The notes under the pieces are model-generated. The model was not told the origin of the DNA, searched no databases, and was given only the letters and a program-made list of their open reading frames with translations. This document shows positions 1 through 11,981 of a stretch of DNA of 64,000 nucleotides, in pieces. The DNA comes from Chiloscyllium plagiosum (Eukaryota). How positions within the stretch are numbered: the stretch's first letter is position 1; each line of letters opens with the position of its first letter. The position numbers and the translations under genes are program-made. The stretch is taken from positions 40,254,101 through 40,318,100 of the forward strand of contig NC_057718.1 in assembly GCF_004010195.1 (NCBI RefSeq), in the 5' to 3' direction.

Positions 1-2450
1 AGATTATATTTCCTGCTTGCCAGTTTGTTGGAATCTTTCCAATATCCAGTGAATTTTGGAACATTATCAGCAACTACTAGTTGCTAACTAATTAGCCATC
101 TCTTTTCGGACCCAAGGAGGAAGTCCATCAGGACCTGGGTACTTAGCCTGCAATTCAATTAGTTTGTTCATCACTGCTTTCACTGTGATTGTATTTTCAC
201 TGAATTCCTGTCTCCAGTTATTACTGGAATGTTTTTGTATCCTCACTGGTGAAGAAGGCAAGATGCTTATAATTTTAGCCACCATTTCCATGTTATCTAC
301 TACTGACATCCCATTCTTACTCTCAAACTTCTCTTGACTGACTTTCCTTTCCAATACCAGTAGAAATTCTGGCCATCTGTTTTTACATTTTCTAGCTAGC
401 TTCCTCTCATTTTATAATTTTGTTTCTCCTGATCATTCTCTGCTATTCTTTCTCTGCTGACTAATTATCTGATCTGACCCTCATATTTGTGTAATCATAT
501 GCTTTTCCTTTAGTTTGATGTTTTCATTTACACCTTTAATTATTTATAGATGATGGATCTTCTGCTTAGAGTTTCTCTTTATGGTAAGAATAATATACTT
601 ATTCTGGGTTTCCAGAAATATCACTTTAAATGTCTGTCACAAATGATCTAACTTTTAACTTAGTATCTCAGTGTGCTCTTATTAATTCAGGGTTTCACAT
701 CCATTATTACTTCAATTTATAATTCTAGTCTTAGACCCGCTCTTCTCCCTTCCAAACCGGGTATAAAATTCAATTATGTTTTGATCACTGCTGTCTAGGG
801 CTGTCTACTCTGACATCATTACTCCTGTTACATTACACAGTGATAATTTCTTACAGCAGCATTTCTGAAACAATCTCGGAAATATTGGTTGAACTCCTCA
901 AGCAGGCACCTATTTCAAATTTTGCCAGTTTATATGTAGATTACAATTTTTTGTGATTATTGTGTCTTTTTTTTAACACAAGTACTCAATATTTCTTATA
1001 GTATACTTTATCCCACATTGTCGCTACTGTTAGGGGCCTGTTGATCACTCCCACTAATGACAACTTTCCCCTACTAATTCTCATGTCCACAGAAACCAAT
1101 TCTACATCTTGATCTACTTGACCAAGGTGGTCTCTAACCATTGTGCCAGTGGCATCCTTGATTATCAATGCTATCCTTCTACTCTTACTGAGCTTCCTAT
1201 TTTTCTTCAGTGTCTATGATATGGAGGAGCTGGTGTTGGATTGGGATAGACAAAGTTAAAAATCTCACACCAGATTATAGACAAATAGGTTTATTTGAAA
1301 GCACAAGCTTTCGAAGTGCTGCTCTTTCATCAGTAGTTAGTGGGGCAGGATCATAGGACACAGAATTTATAGTAAAAGATCAAAATGTCATGCAACTGAT
1401 TGAACAAATCCAGATTGTTGTTAAATCAATCAAAATCTATATCCCCATTCTAAGTGATTAAAGACTTAACAGCAATCTAGGTTTGTTCAATACATCACAT
1501 CATTTGTATGACACTTTGATCTTTTACTATAAATTCTGTGTCCAATGATCCTGACCCACTAGCTACCAGATGAAGGAGCAGCGCTTGAAAGCTTATAATT
1601 TCAAATAAACCTGTTGGACTATAACCTGATGTTTGTGAGTTTTAACTTCTTCAATGTCATATGTCTCGTAATATTCAGGACCCAATCTATGTCATTTTGC
1701 AGCCCACCTATATCCCTGTAAAGAATGTCAAATGATAGTGCACATTGAAGTAAATAAATATCAATTCATTTAACTTAAGGATACTATGTGCATTCAGATA
1801 CAGAACCTTTAACCTTGTCTTCTCATTATCTTTGTTACATGTAATCTTGACTGCTAGTGTATTGTATTAATAATAGAGATTATTACTGTTGATGTTTCCT
1901 CTTCAGCGTGTTGCTTAGCTGCTCATATTCCCTGAGTAGAACTTCTTTCTAAGTCCTATTTTATTGGTACTTGCATCGCCCATGACAACTGGATCCACCC
2001 TCTTCTACTGTAAGTTCCTATTCAGCTCTGAGCAGGTGTCCTGAACCCTTGTACCACATAAGCAACAATCTTTGGCTACAGCCTGAAACAAGGTGCCCTA
2101 GTCAATCCACTTTTCCTTCCTACACACTTGTTTTCATCTGTTTACGTGAGCCCCTCAAATTTGTTAGATATTTGCAAGGGCTGAGGCCCCTGCAGTACAA
2201 TATTCTCCAACCTTTTGCGGCCACACTCTCCTGCTCTTAACTGCAGATGGATTCGGACTGCTGTATGCTTTGGGATGTGACTGCCTTCTAGATCAAGATT
2301 TCCAGATACCTTTCCCTGATGTGTCATAATTTCTTCAAGACAGCCTCCAATTCAATAGCCTTAAGTTGGAGTTCTTATATTTTTATACATTTTGTGTTTG
2401 TCTGAATCCAGAAGTTCCCACATTACACAGTTGCAACACAACAGGTGTGC
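1..2450 (-). mobile_element. Old, degraded CR1-type LINE (ORF1-like, endonuclease and linker remnants), interrupted by a Penelope-derived palindrome at 1219-1648
   Basis: Minus-strand ORF fragments KYPGPDGLPPWVRKE (cf. CR1 ORF2 KSPGPDGIxPRxLKE) and SLVGVINRPL (cf. endonuclease GVxYRPP); many stops and frameshifts; boundaries approximate. Confidence 0.6.
1219..1648. mobile_element. Palindromic Penelope-like (family B) terminal mini-element with degenerate hammerhead motifs and a degenerate ~15-bp TSD
   Basis: Inverted arms aagttaaaaatctcacac... (from 1253) and ...gtgagttttaactt (to 1648); same terminus as 30519-30611 and 11417-11481; flanks cttcagtgtctatg (1205-1218) and cttcaatgtcatatg (1649-1663). 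Confidence 0.75.
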
Positions 2451-3124
2451 CATCACTGAACAGATTAGTTCAATGTAATTTGTTAATGGAATCAGTCATG
2501 TGAAATAAATTACTATTCTTAGCCACAGCTTTAAAGAATCTATCAAATCTGATACCATTTTACTCTCTAATACTACATGCTCTGTAAAAAAGCAGGTGAT
2601 TGTTTCAGGACTCAGAAGAAAAGAGTCCTATTGAACTCAGTGTTAACTCTGTTTTTCTCTCCATAGCTGCTGCCAGAGCCACTGAGTTTCTCCAGCACTT
2701 CCTGTTTTTATTTCAGATCTCCAGCATCAAACCTATTTGAAGGATTCAAACATGAATTCAGCCCTTTCCAGCTTCCATCTTTTGATTTCTTTAATATGTT
2801 GCTTTTAATAACTTCTAGGTATCAATATTAATGTTTTTGTCTATTTATGGATCTTCCCTAACTCCAGTGTCCTTAAGCAGGCTATTTGCACAATCCTTTT
2901 GTGTGAAGCATGTAACTACAGAACAGTTTACAAGACTCCTGTAAAAACAACCTTTACTTTTGGTATATATTTAAAATTAAACATGTGCCATTTTGTAGCC
3001 ACTGAATTGGTGCAATCCAAGGTGGTTAGGAAAGTCAGTTCCAGCCCCTTCCCCTACTTTGCTGAATTCCCACACTAACCAATCTCCTAAGCTTTGAGAT
3101 TTCCACTTTTTCCAGTTTATATGT

Positions 3125-3740
3125 TGTCACAAAGCTGTTCCTTTTCTCAAGGATACTGTGTCCTTGGTTTTCTCCAGAGGGGTTATTAACAGGCTGGGCT
3201 CCAAAATAGCTGGATCTGGTACCGAGATGAAAGTCCTTTTTTGTTTATATGTAAACAGATGAGTCTTTAGGCTAAAGCTTTTATGTTTTTATAAGTAACC
3301 TGTATAAATCAAAGGGGCGTGGCCAGCTCTCTAGCGGAGAAGTTCAGTCCAGAATGAGTTAGGGAGTTCAGCTGTGGAACTGTGTGAAAACAGACTGCTA
3401 GAATCTCTCTCCTTCTGCCCTTCTAATGTCAACCTGTAAACCTTCGTTTCATTTTTACTGTGTTTAAGGGATTTGCTTACTGGGACTGTTGTGTATATTC
3501 GGGAACAGCATAATTAAATCTAGTTTGGATAGACTAAATTCTGTAGAGGTTCTTTATTCTGTTCCTTGTGTTTCATTGTGTAATTTGGGGAATAGATTTT
3601 TGTCTATTTTAAAACCTGGTAGTCAACCTAGCTAACTTATTCCAGGTGATTTTCACTGTACACTTACCAAAACAAATTGCAAAGTTATGGTCTGGGCTGC
3701 CTGCTTAAGAATATTGAGTGGTCTGGCCTAGTCCATAACA
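3125..3740. mobile_element. Solo LTR (616 bp), TG...CA, 4-bp TSD ATGT
   Basis: atgt|tgtcac...cataaca|atgt; the paralogous uninterrupted sequence ccagtttatatgtagatta at 925-943 shows the empty site. Confidence 0.8.
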
Positions 3741-4701
3741 ATGTAGATTAAAATCTTATGTGATTATTGTCTCTTTTTTTTCCTACAAGTACTCAATATT
3801 TCTTGTAGTGTACTTTATCCCACACTAACCAATCTCCTAAGCTTTGAGGTGAGGTCACCTGTCATGATCTGTCAAAGGCTGTACAGGAGCAACAAGGATG
3901 AGGAGTAATAGTGTTCTTGCACCACTGTCCTGATTTATGAATTTGACAGCCCTTTCTCCATGGCAGGCCGGAAACCTATTTGAAGATTCGAACACGAATT
4001 CAACCCTTTCCAGCTTCCATCTTTTGACTTCTTTAATATAAGTTCTGAAATAAAATATAACATGTAATGTAAGTGTACATTATCCCTCTTTGAATTCTCT
4101 GCAAACTTGGATATGATCAACCTCAGCAATTTTCTTCAGTCGCTTCTCTTGCATAATTCAGCTCAACAGAGTTGCAAATGCTTGCTTCCACTCTTGCTGA
4201 TTTGAATATATTGAGACTATCCTTCTTCCTCCTATTTATGATGTGATTTTTGAAGGTCTATCCTCAACTCCTTCCATTCCATATGGCTGACATCTAACAA
4301 CATCATCTCTCAGGTGTGAGTCGCCTTCCTCTTGTGTATGAGTAACACCATAGCTATATCTACAGTCCTTCACAGGTCTTGGACTCTTCTTCTGGTATCT
4401 CATTTTGGATTCTTATGCATTCTTCTTTGAGGGAAAATTCAGGGAATAATTTTCAGTTCTGGACATTGAAGACCACTTTCCTTAGCTGTACCAGATTGTT
4501 TGTAATCTCAGTCTGTGTTTAGCCCCAGTTTAGTTTCTAATCTCATGCCATTTCCATCACGAATATTTCTTACCTCCACCTCTAATATTGCGATTGCTGC
4601 AACCATAACCTTCATACATACCTTGCATTAATATGAAGTGTTGTCTTATTGTGTGCTCTCCAAAGTTAATTAACTTGTTGTTTGTGTTTTCTTTTTGATA
4701 G

Positions 4702-4807
4702 GTCATACAGCTTATTGAGGGGAAGGCCTCGGCTTATGTATTTGCTAGTCCTGGCTGTAAGAAATGGGATACCTGTGCTCCTGAGGCTATCCTTCATGCT
4801 GTTTCAG
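4702..4807 (+). CDS. BPNT1: 3'(2'),5'-bisphosphate nucleotidase 1, penultimate coding exon ([36 protein letters not shown])
   Basis: ag|GTC...TCAG|gta; near identity to vertebrate BPNT1 including the WD motif of the inositol monophosphatase family; phase fits the next exon. Confidence 0.96.
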
Positions 4808-5029
4808 GTATTTGTTTCTTTATATTATTAAATCTGAATCAGCCTCAAAATAAAATTTACAAGCAAACCGTGGAAGAAAATATAACCACAGTGTGGACTT
4901 GCCCAGCTTGACAATTTGATTATCAAAGAGCCAGTCAAACTTGACTCCAAGTTATGATTGCAGGGTATGATCTTGTAACTAAATTTAACTTACAGATTAA
5001 ATGGCACTTTTGAACTGTTTGAAAAATAT

Positions 5030-5585
5030 GAACATTCCCTCCTTATCCTCCATGACCTGGACGCAGCCTTTGACACGGTTGACTGCATTACCTTCCTGGA
5101 CTGCCTCTTCACCTGTTGTCTGACTGAATGAGACTGCTGTCACACAGTTCCATTCGTATTTATCTAGTCACAAGCAGAAAATCACTTGCAGTCTCTTGTC
5201 TTTTTCTCCATATATTCCTAACTTTCATGTTCCCAAGGATCTATCATGGTTCCCTTCCTGTTTCTCATCTGCATGCTGCCCTGAGATAATTTGAAACAGT
5301 TATTTTTCACATTTTAGACATCGACAACCAGCTGTACCTCACATCAATTCTATTAACTCCTCCACTCTTGCTGCTTTGTTATACTGCTTTTCCAATATCT
5401 AGACCTTAATGAATAGAAGTTTCCTCCAATTAAATGTCTTCTCTATTCCTTTCCCATAGACTCTGTCCCTCTTCCCTAGCAGCAATCTGAGATTAAACCA
5501 GTCTCTTTAGAATTAGTGTCACATTTGAAGCCATAATGTGCTTCTAATTACACTTTACACTTGTTTTTAACCACTGTAACATCAC
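5030..5585 (+). mobile_element. Degraded L2-type LINE RT fragment in the last BPNT1 intron
   Basis: cttatcctccatgacctggacgcagcctttgacacggttgac resembles the L2 RT motif LxLLDLSAAFDTVDH; boundaries approximate. Confidence 0.6.
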
Positions 5586-5748
5586 CACACAGAGTCTAGT
5601 TATTAGAACCTTTATTAGATTCAGGAGGTATCAACAAGGTACTGTCTGAGCGAACCAATTCCAATAGATGCAAATAAAGCAGCCAAAGATGATAAATAAC
5701 AAATTGTCTTGTTTGAAAACATTTTATTGTAATTATTTTTATTCCTAG

Positions 5749-5897
5749 GTAAACTGACAGATATTCATGGGAATTCCTTGCAATATCATAAAGATGTGAA
5801 GTTTATGAACTCAGGTGGAGTCCTTGCAACTTTAAGGAACTTTGACTATTATGCAAGCCGTGTTCCTGACTCTGTTAAAAAGGAACTAGTTCCCTAA
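5749..5897 (+). CDS. BPNT1: BPNT1 terminal coding exon ([49 protein letters not shown])
   Basis: cctag|GT AAA CTG...CCC TAA; matches the vertebrate BPNT1 C-terminus ending LVP. Confidence 0.96.
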
Positions 5898-6421
5898 AAA
5901 AAGTTCTTACTTGCTGCCTTTGTAACCTCGAGTGACCAAAATGTTTGAAATGTTCTTTGGTTTAATTCTAATTACTTCCTCAAATAAGTTGCAGTCTGGA
6001 AGATTAATACGGGAGTACTTTTTACTTTGCAGGGCAAGTGCTGATCTGGAGAGCTGCTGTTTGCCTGTTTTGTGGTTGTGCACAGTTCAGTTGAGTTCAC
6101 ATTTATACACTTTGGGTCAACTGAAACTAATCTTTGTTGCAGAAACGTTTACTACATCAAATAAATTTTTTTCTTTTGAATTATGTGAACTGATACACAT
6201 GATTTTTATGGTTCCCTACAACAATATTTGATCTAAGTTTTCATGGGCAGCCTTCTGTTGAATTTTGCCCTCATTGAAGAAGAATGGAAAATTAGTTCTC
6301 TCTAGTTCTGCTAAATCCTTATGTGCAAAGATTCTCATTAAGCTTTCATCTTTTGTGGTGTCAAGAAATAGGTGAATGTTTGTTGAAAAGAAAATGTAAT
6401 TTCTTTTACATCATTGATTTA

Positions 6422-6427
6422 AATAAA
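6422..6427 (+). terminator. Candidate BPNT1 polyadenylation signal AATAAA (a second candidate lies at 6160-6165)
   Basis: AATAAA followed about 20-50 nt later by GT/T-rich sequence (tgtgctgttt...gatgtttgttttgg). Confidence 0.5.
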
Positions 6428-7751
6428 TCGCAATTGATACTTTACAATGTGCTGTTTCAGAAAGTGATGTTTGTTTTGGCCCAACAAGCAAAAGACCGGT
6501 GAAGTATTGTGGCTGGAACTACTAGTACTAGTTAACCAGTTCATTTTGGACACTTTGCAGTGCCAGCAGTGTTGACAAGGGTGATGGTAGAGCCTTCCCT
6601 TGAAGCCAATTAAAATAGTTCCGTTCATTAAGTGTTTGTCAGAGGCTTGGGAGGATTGAATTTTGAAGGGGATTCATAAGTTTTGCAGCAGCTAAAGGGA
6701 GGTTGGTACAGAGTAGTAAGCCAATCATGGGATGTCCTAAGGTGTCACCCTGGTCTCCTAATGTCAGTGGGAGTATGGAGACCCCTTGTTTGCATGTGAT
6801 GATGGAAGGAATCAGTCAGTGTTCAGGCATTGAACATGTTCCTCAACTCCTGGCATTGCAGTGCCAGAAAAGCAGTGGGAAAATGTGTCTATCACAGTAG
6901 CATTGAGAATTTTTGGTGGAAGTCTGAATTTTGCATAATGGAATTCCACTCTTTATCTGATCTTACCTCGCCTTGGCTGCTGTTGCCTTCTATCAGTAAA
7001 AGTTGGAAATAGGAACTGTTGAAAATCCTGGGAAGCCTCAGCCACTAAAGCAGCCAGAAACAGGCCTTTAGGAGTTGCCACTCATCACACATGGATGATG
7101 TGCTCTGTTGCAAGCAACTTGGAGACATAAGGATGTGCAGACCTGGGGAAAGGACCGCTAGAACTGCAGGTTCAGTGGGGGCATGGATGATGGGTCAGAA
7201 CAGCCAGTGTCTAGAGTGATGGGGGGGTTGGGTAAATAACAAGAGACAGCTAACCCAAATCTCCATGGGGTTCAGCAGGTCTGGGATGGGGTAGGAGTTG
7301 GAGGAGAAGCTGAGTCTGAACCTGAAGCCAAAGTCTTTTGTTTTCCTTTGGAGCTCTTGGTACTCGTGGCTACAGAGGATGTAAATAAAGTTGCTCAAAT
7401 TTCCAATATTAGGTGAACTCTGCCCTATGAGTTATGGATTTTTGTCAAGTTTAAAATTGTGCACTGGAGGCAAGTGTGAAGAGAGACTTTTGATTTTCAG
7501 GAAGAATTAAATTATGACATTCTTCACTGCATTTACACAAATATTTCTTCATTCAGTTAGATGCTTCTTTGGAATTAGCTTTAAAATGCAAAATGCTGCA
7601 GTACCAATCATTTGCAAAAAATATAAAAACACTAGAATCTTACAAACATATTTTCATATTTATAAGATTTATGTGATCAGTAATACACAAACTTTGCCCT
7701 ACTTTATTGCTGCTTAGTTTTTGCTAGTGTCTCGTATCACATTAATTGTCT

Positions 7752-8049
7752 AGGGTGGCACCGTGGTTAACATTGCTGCCTCATAGTGCAAGGAACCTGG
7801 GTTTGATTCCCTTTTCAGTGATTAATCAAACTCCATTGAAATATTCTTTCTGTCTCTGTGGGTTTCCTCCATGGTGGATTGGCCGTACTAAATTGCACAT
7901 AGTGTCCAGAGATATGCAGGCTAAGTGGGTTAGCCACGGTAAACACGGAAGTGTAGGGATAAGGGTGGATTTTGGTGGGATCCTCTTCGGAGGGTTAGTG
8001 TGGACTCAGTGGGCCGAATGGCATGCTACCACACTGTAGGGGTTCTATG
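7752..8049 (+). mobile_element. tRNA-derived HE1-like V-SINE (degenerate, internally deleted)
   Basis: ggtggca...gtggttaacattgctgcctca...ggtttgattcc head and ...acactgtaggggttctatg tail shared with the other copies in the window. Confidence 0.75.
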
Positions 8050-8979
8050 CTTCTTTCTTCCTCTGTCACCTATTTTAAAAATCTACATTGCTTAGATATT
8101 TATATGATACCTATGCTGCAGTTTGGAAATGAGACACCGTATTGTAAGCATTTTGTAAATCCATAGACACTCTTTGTCCAAATAGTTCAGTTCTTCAACA
8201 AACAGTTAAACTTTTCAAACAAGGCTTCTCTGGTAACAGATCTAAGTTGGATGTCAATGACTAACATAGTCATTGTGCATTAATCTGATAAGCAAATTAT
8301 GGATTCTAAAAGCAATAAACTGCTTATAAATGTTGTCTTGTGTTCATCTGGGTAGTTTTCAAGAACAAAAATATCACTGGATTAAAAATGTTAACTCTTT
8401 CTTTGGCCACAGATTCTACCAGACGTGCTGAGTTTCTCCAACAATTTATGTTTATGTTTCAGTTAATAGTGATTGATAGTTAACTACCATGCATTGTTTA
8501 AACTTTAAACCAGGCAGGTTGGCTCTGGTTGATTGCTCTGACAAATGAACCAGAGGATGGCTGTCACCCACTCTTTCGGTTTGAAATAAGCACAGCATAT
8601 GCATATTTCTTTTCCCTCTAAACAACAAGGCTCTGTGCATTAATGAATAATTGCAGTCTGTGAATTTCATGACTCATGTGATGCTAGCTATGTAGGCCAT
8701 ACATTCCAAAGACTGGAGGATGGTACCAAACAGCTTATCTCTTTGGCAAGGTACTGACCGTGACAGTCTGCTTGCTTTTGCAAAATTTACAGTATATTTG
8801 ATGTGATTGGGCAACATTTGCAAAATATTTCTCCGTTTAAAGAATTAGGCTGACAACCAGTTTAGGATTGTTGGTCAGACTCAGTGTCGCAATTGTGTTT
8901 ACTGGAAACTGCATGTATTAATAGCTACATATATTAATACATATATTAATATAGCTACATATATTAATGCATCAATCTG

Positions 8980-9960
8980 TCTTCTCATCCACCACAACTT
9001 TCCTTCACTGGGCTATATACATGATATGTTTCTTACAGTTCCATGCACTATAAAATTGGCCTTATTGGCAATCTCGTAAATAAGGCCTGAGCCATTTGAT
9101 AAGCTTATAAGCTTGTTGCTACGATAGGGCACAACAAGCCAATCAATAAGAGAATTTCTCACTTTATACTGTACATTTTCATGGGTAAGTCCAAGGCAGC
9201 CACCTTCTGTCCTAAAAAGTGCTTAGTGGATCTTAGGTAACCTTGGAAGGATATATTAAAAACTGGAGCAACTGATAAAACTACCTTTCTCATGTAGTTA
9301 CTAGGCAGTAGCAACACACATGGTATTTATAATTTTTTTAAATCATGGACTCCTGCCACGAAGCCAAAAAGACATTTTACCTATCCCATATAAGTACTGT
9401 GATATATGAATTTCAATGCTGGGATGATGCTAGGTATCTCGACCTTAAGTCCCAAAGACTGTCAGATTGCATCAGACAGCATGTACAATATTTGATGGGC
9501 TTCCATGGTTGTGCATGGTTTGCTAAATAATCCTAAGTGTGCTAACATTTTGCTGACAACCAATTTAAGATTATCAGCTAGGACCACAGTTTGGTGTGCT
9601 TGCACATACTGGAAACTCCATAATTTCATACACTGGACCTTGTTCTTTGCAGACAGAAAGAACATGTACGTACATTGTCAATTTCATTGCTTAAAATAGA
9701 TAACTATTTTCTGGTTCTCTCAGGAGTCTTGTCCAATAGCATCAATGTGCCTGTCTTAAACTTATAGCATGGCAGTTATTTGTCAGTAGTCATCATCTAC
9801 TTGATGCATTTTCCATGGTAATGCATCTACCAATCAGAGACCACTTACCAACCATCAGTATTTTCTTTTTTACAGTATAAAATGTTGTTTCCCATTGAAT
9901 TTGTTTTGATAAATACAAGATAAAATAGCTCAACAAAATATCTTTTTTTCAACAGTATTC
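8980..9960 (+). mobile_element. Highly degraded Penelope-like element (GIY-YIG remnant)
   Basis: ORF 9345-9530 STVIYEFQCWDDARYL...SQRLSDCIRQHV resembles the GIY-YIG pattern VIY-x-CxC-x-YVG-T-xxL-xR-xxH; boundaries approximate. Confidence 0.5.
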
Positions 9961-10249
9961 AAATTCTGTACAATTAAATGACTAGGGTTTATTACATAAT
10001 AGCAACAGCACATCTGCACTTTGTCAAGAATAATTACTTAGACCTTACAGAGCTCATACAGTTACATTTTCTCCTCTGAAAGCAGGACATAGCATTCACA
10101 CATTGTGTGTGTGTGGAGATAGTTATCTGTTGCACAAGACAGTTAATACCTCAAAAGGTTAACTGACTTCTAAAATGAGACTTACATATCAGATTATGAA
10201 GGACGGTGAAGGCTGCTTGTGCTGAAGTGGTCGTGAGCCTCGGCCAGGA

Positions 10250-10935
10250 TTTTTTTTATTTCAAAAATATACTTTATTCATAAAATATTTTGATCTGTCC
10301 AATTGGTCATGCCATACATCCGCAAACATTCCATTTCTTGGTATACAGAGACGGAGTAATCATTCATATATACGGTGGTCTTTACCCACCGCGACTTGGC
10401 GGCAGCTGCCCCAAGCTTCAGCGCGTCCCTCAACACGTAGTCCTGGACCTTGGAATGTGCCAGTCTGCAACACTCAGGGTCAGGGTCAACTCCTTCAGCT
10501 GGAAGATCAACAGGTTTCGGACCGCCCAGAGAGTGTCCTTCACCGAGTTGATAATCCTCCAGGCACAGATGATGTTCGTCTCAGTGTGCGTCCCGGGGAA
10601 TAGACTATAGAGCACGGAGTCCCACGTCACGGCGCTGCTCGGGATGAACCTCGACAAACACCACTGCATTCCTCTCCAGACTTCTGCATAGGCACATTCC
10701 AGAAGGTGGTGTGTGACAGTCTCGTTCCCCCTGCAGCCGCTTCGAGGGCAGTGTGCGGTGCGGCTGAGAGTCCGGGCATGCATAAAGAATCTCACAGGCA
10801 GAGCCCTTCTCACCACCAGCCAAGTCATGTCTTGGTGTTTGTTGGAAAGTTCTGGCGATGAGGCATTCTGCCAAATGGCTTTGACAGTCTGCTCAGGGAA
10901 CCGCTTGATAGGATCCGCCCTCTCCTTTTCAAGTC
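10250..10935 (-). mobile_element. 5'-truncated Tx1/L1-clade LINE 3' fragment with poly(A) remnant
   Basis: Minus ORF 10430-10939 has a C-terminal zinc knuckle CPRSGCRGNETVTHHLLEC and LWAVRN (cf. IWxxRN); T-run at 10250-10257; CpG-rich, so relatively young. Confidence 0.8.
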
Positions 10936-11416
10936 CCACCTTCTCTAGAGGTGTGTCACAGCATTCCCATACAGGTTTATTGGTACAATGAACTAACCTA
11001 TCTACTTACAGTCTTCTTAACTACAGGTGGAAATCTCATAAATGACCATGATGGTTGTTATAATGCATAACTAAATTATGTGACAAACATTTTATGTTTT
11101 ATCAAAACTGAGCCTCTGTTCTAATGAAGATCTTGTGTGGACACCCTTCTCTACTTGGGAACTCATTGACTTCCCAACCGATAAGGAAGATTTGTTGCTG
11201 TTGCTGTATGCTTTAAAAAAAGTGGAAAAAAAAGGATTTGTGGCAATGAAAGCTAGACGTCTCAGGTGGTTCTGGTGGTCACCACTACAACATATAACAT
11301 GCGGAGAACAAGATGAAGCTCATCAACACGAAGAGAATAATCAATTAATATTAACCCCTTTACACCACGACACAACACCCTCTCTGATTCTGATGTGAAG
11401 TGTTTGACTGGTATAT

Positions 11417-11481
11417 ACAAAGGTAAAAATCAACCAACACCAGGTTGTAGTCCAACAGGTTTATTTGGAAGCAGTAGCTTT
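11417..11481 (-). mobile_element. Penelope-like family B terminal fragment
   Basis: acaaaggtaaaaatcaaccaacaccaggttgtagtccaacaggtttatttggaagcagtagcttt matches 30519-30586. Confidence 0.7.
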
Positions 11482-11853
11482 GAGGTTAAATAAATACGTG
11501 GCAGATATGCAGAATATTTTAGCCGCTTGTTATATCTGTGTGAAAATAAATCCAGGTGTCGACATAGCTGTCCCTTGTATAACAAGGTTTCGAAACAGTG
11601 ATTGAATCAACCCAAACAGATCCTTTTTAAAATGAAACTTCAATCCTTGAAGGGAAGCGGCACTGTCTGACCGTGGTTCGGAGCGGAGGGAAGACTGGGG
11701 CGTGACGCCGGAAGTGGCGTGTTCACGTTGGGGGTGGTTTTGGCTGTGACACCCGGAAGTAGTCACTTCACCGTGGGAGCGGGTCTGCGGGTAGCGGCTG
11801 GTGGTCAGTGACAGTACCTGTCAGTGAGGTGGCGGTTATTAACGTTACAGCAG

Positions 11854-11896
11854 ATGGCTGTGAATCTGACGGTGAACCTCGCCAGCCCTTGCTTAG
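11854..11896 (+). CDS. EPRS1: EPRS1 exon 1 coding part (MAVNLTVNLASPCLG)
   Basis: cagATGG context; resembles human MATLSLTVNSGDPPLG; donor G|gtgagt; phase 1 matches exon 2. Confidence 0.9.
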
Positions 11897-11981
11897 GTGA
11901 GTATCGGCCGGAGCGGACTGGACTGGCCGGGCCGGGCCGGTGGAGGGGCATGAAGCCGCCTGGCCCAGTGCCGCACACGGT

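Noticed and set aside
8914..8968. Short tattaat/agctacata repeats
   Set aside because: Trivial AT-rich slippage duplication.
11836..11853. ttaacgttacagcag before the EPRS1 ATG as a possible acceptor for BPNT1-EPRS1 read-through splicing
   Set aside because: No polypyrimidine tract, and it sits in promoter-proximal 5' UTR; unsupported without transcript data.
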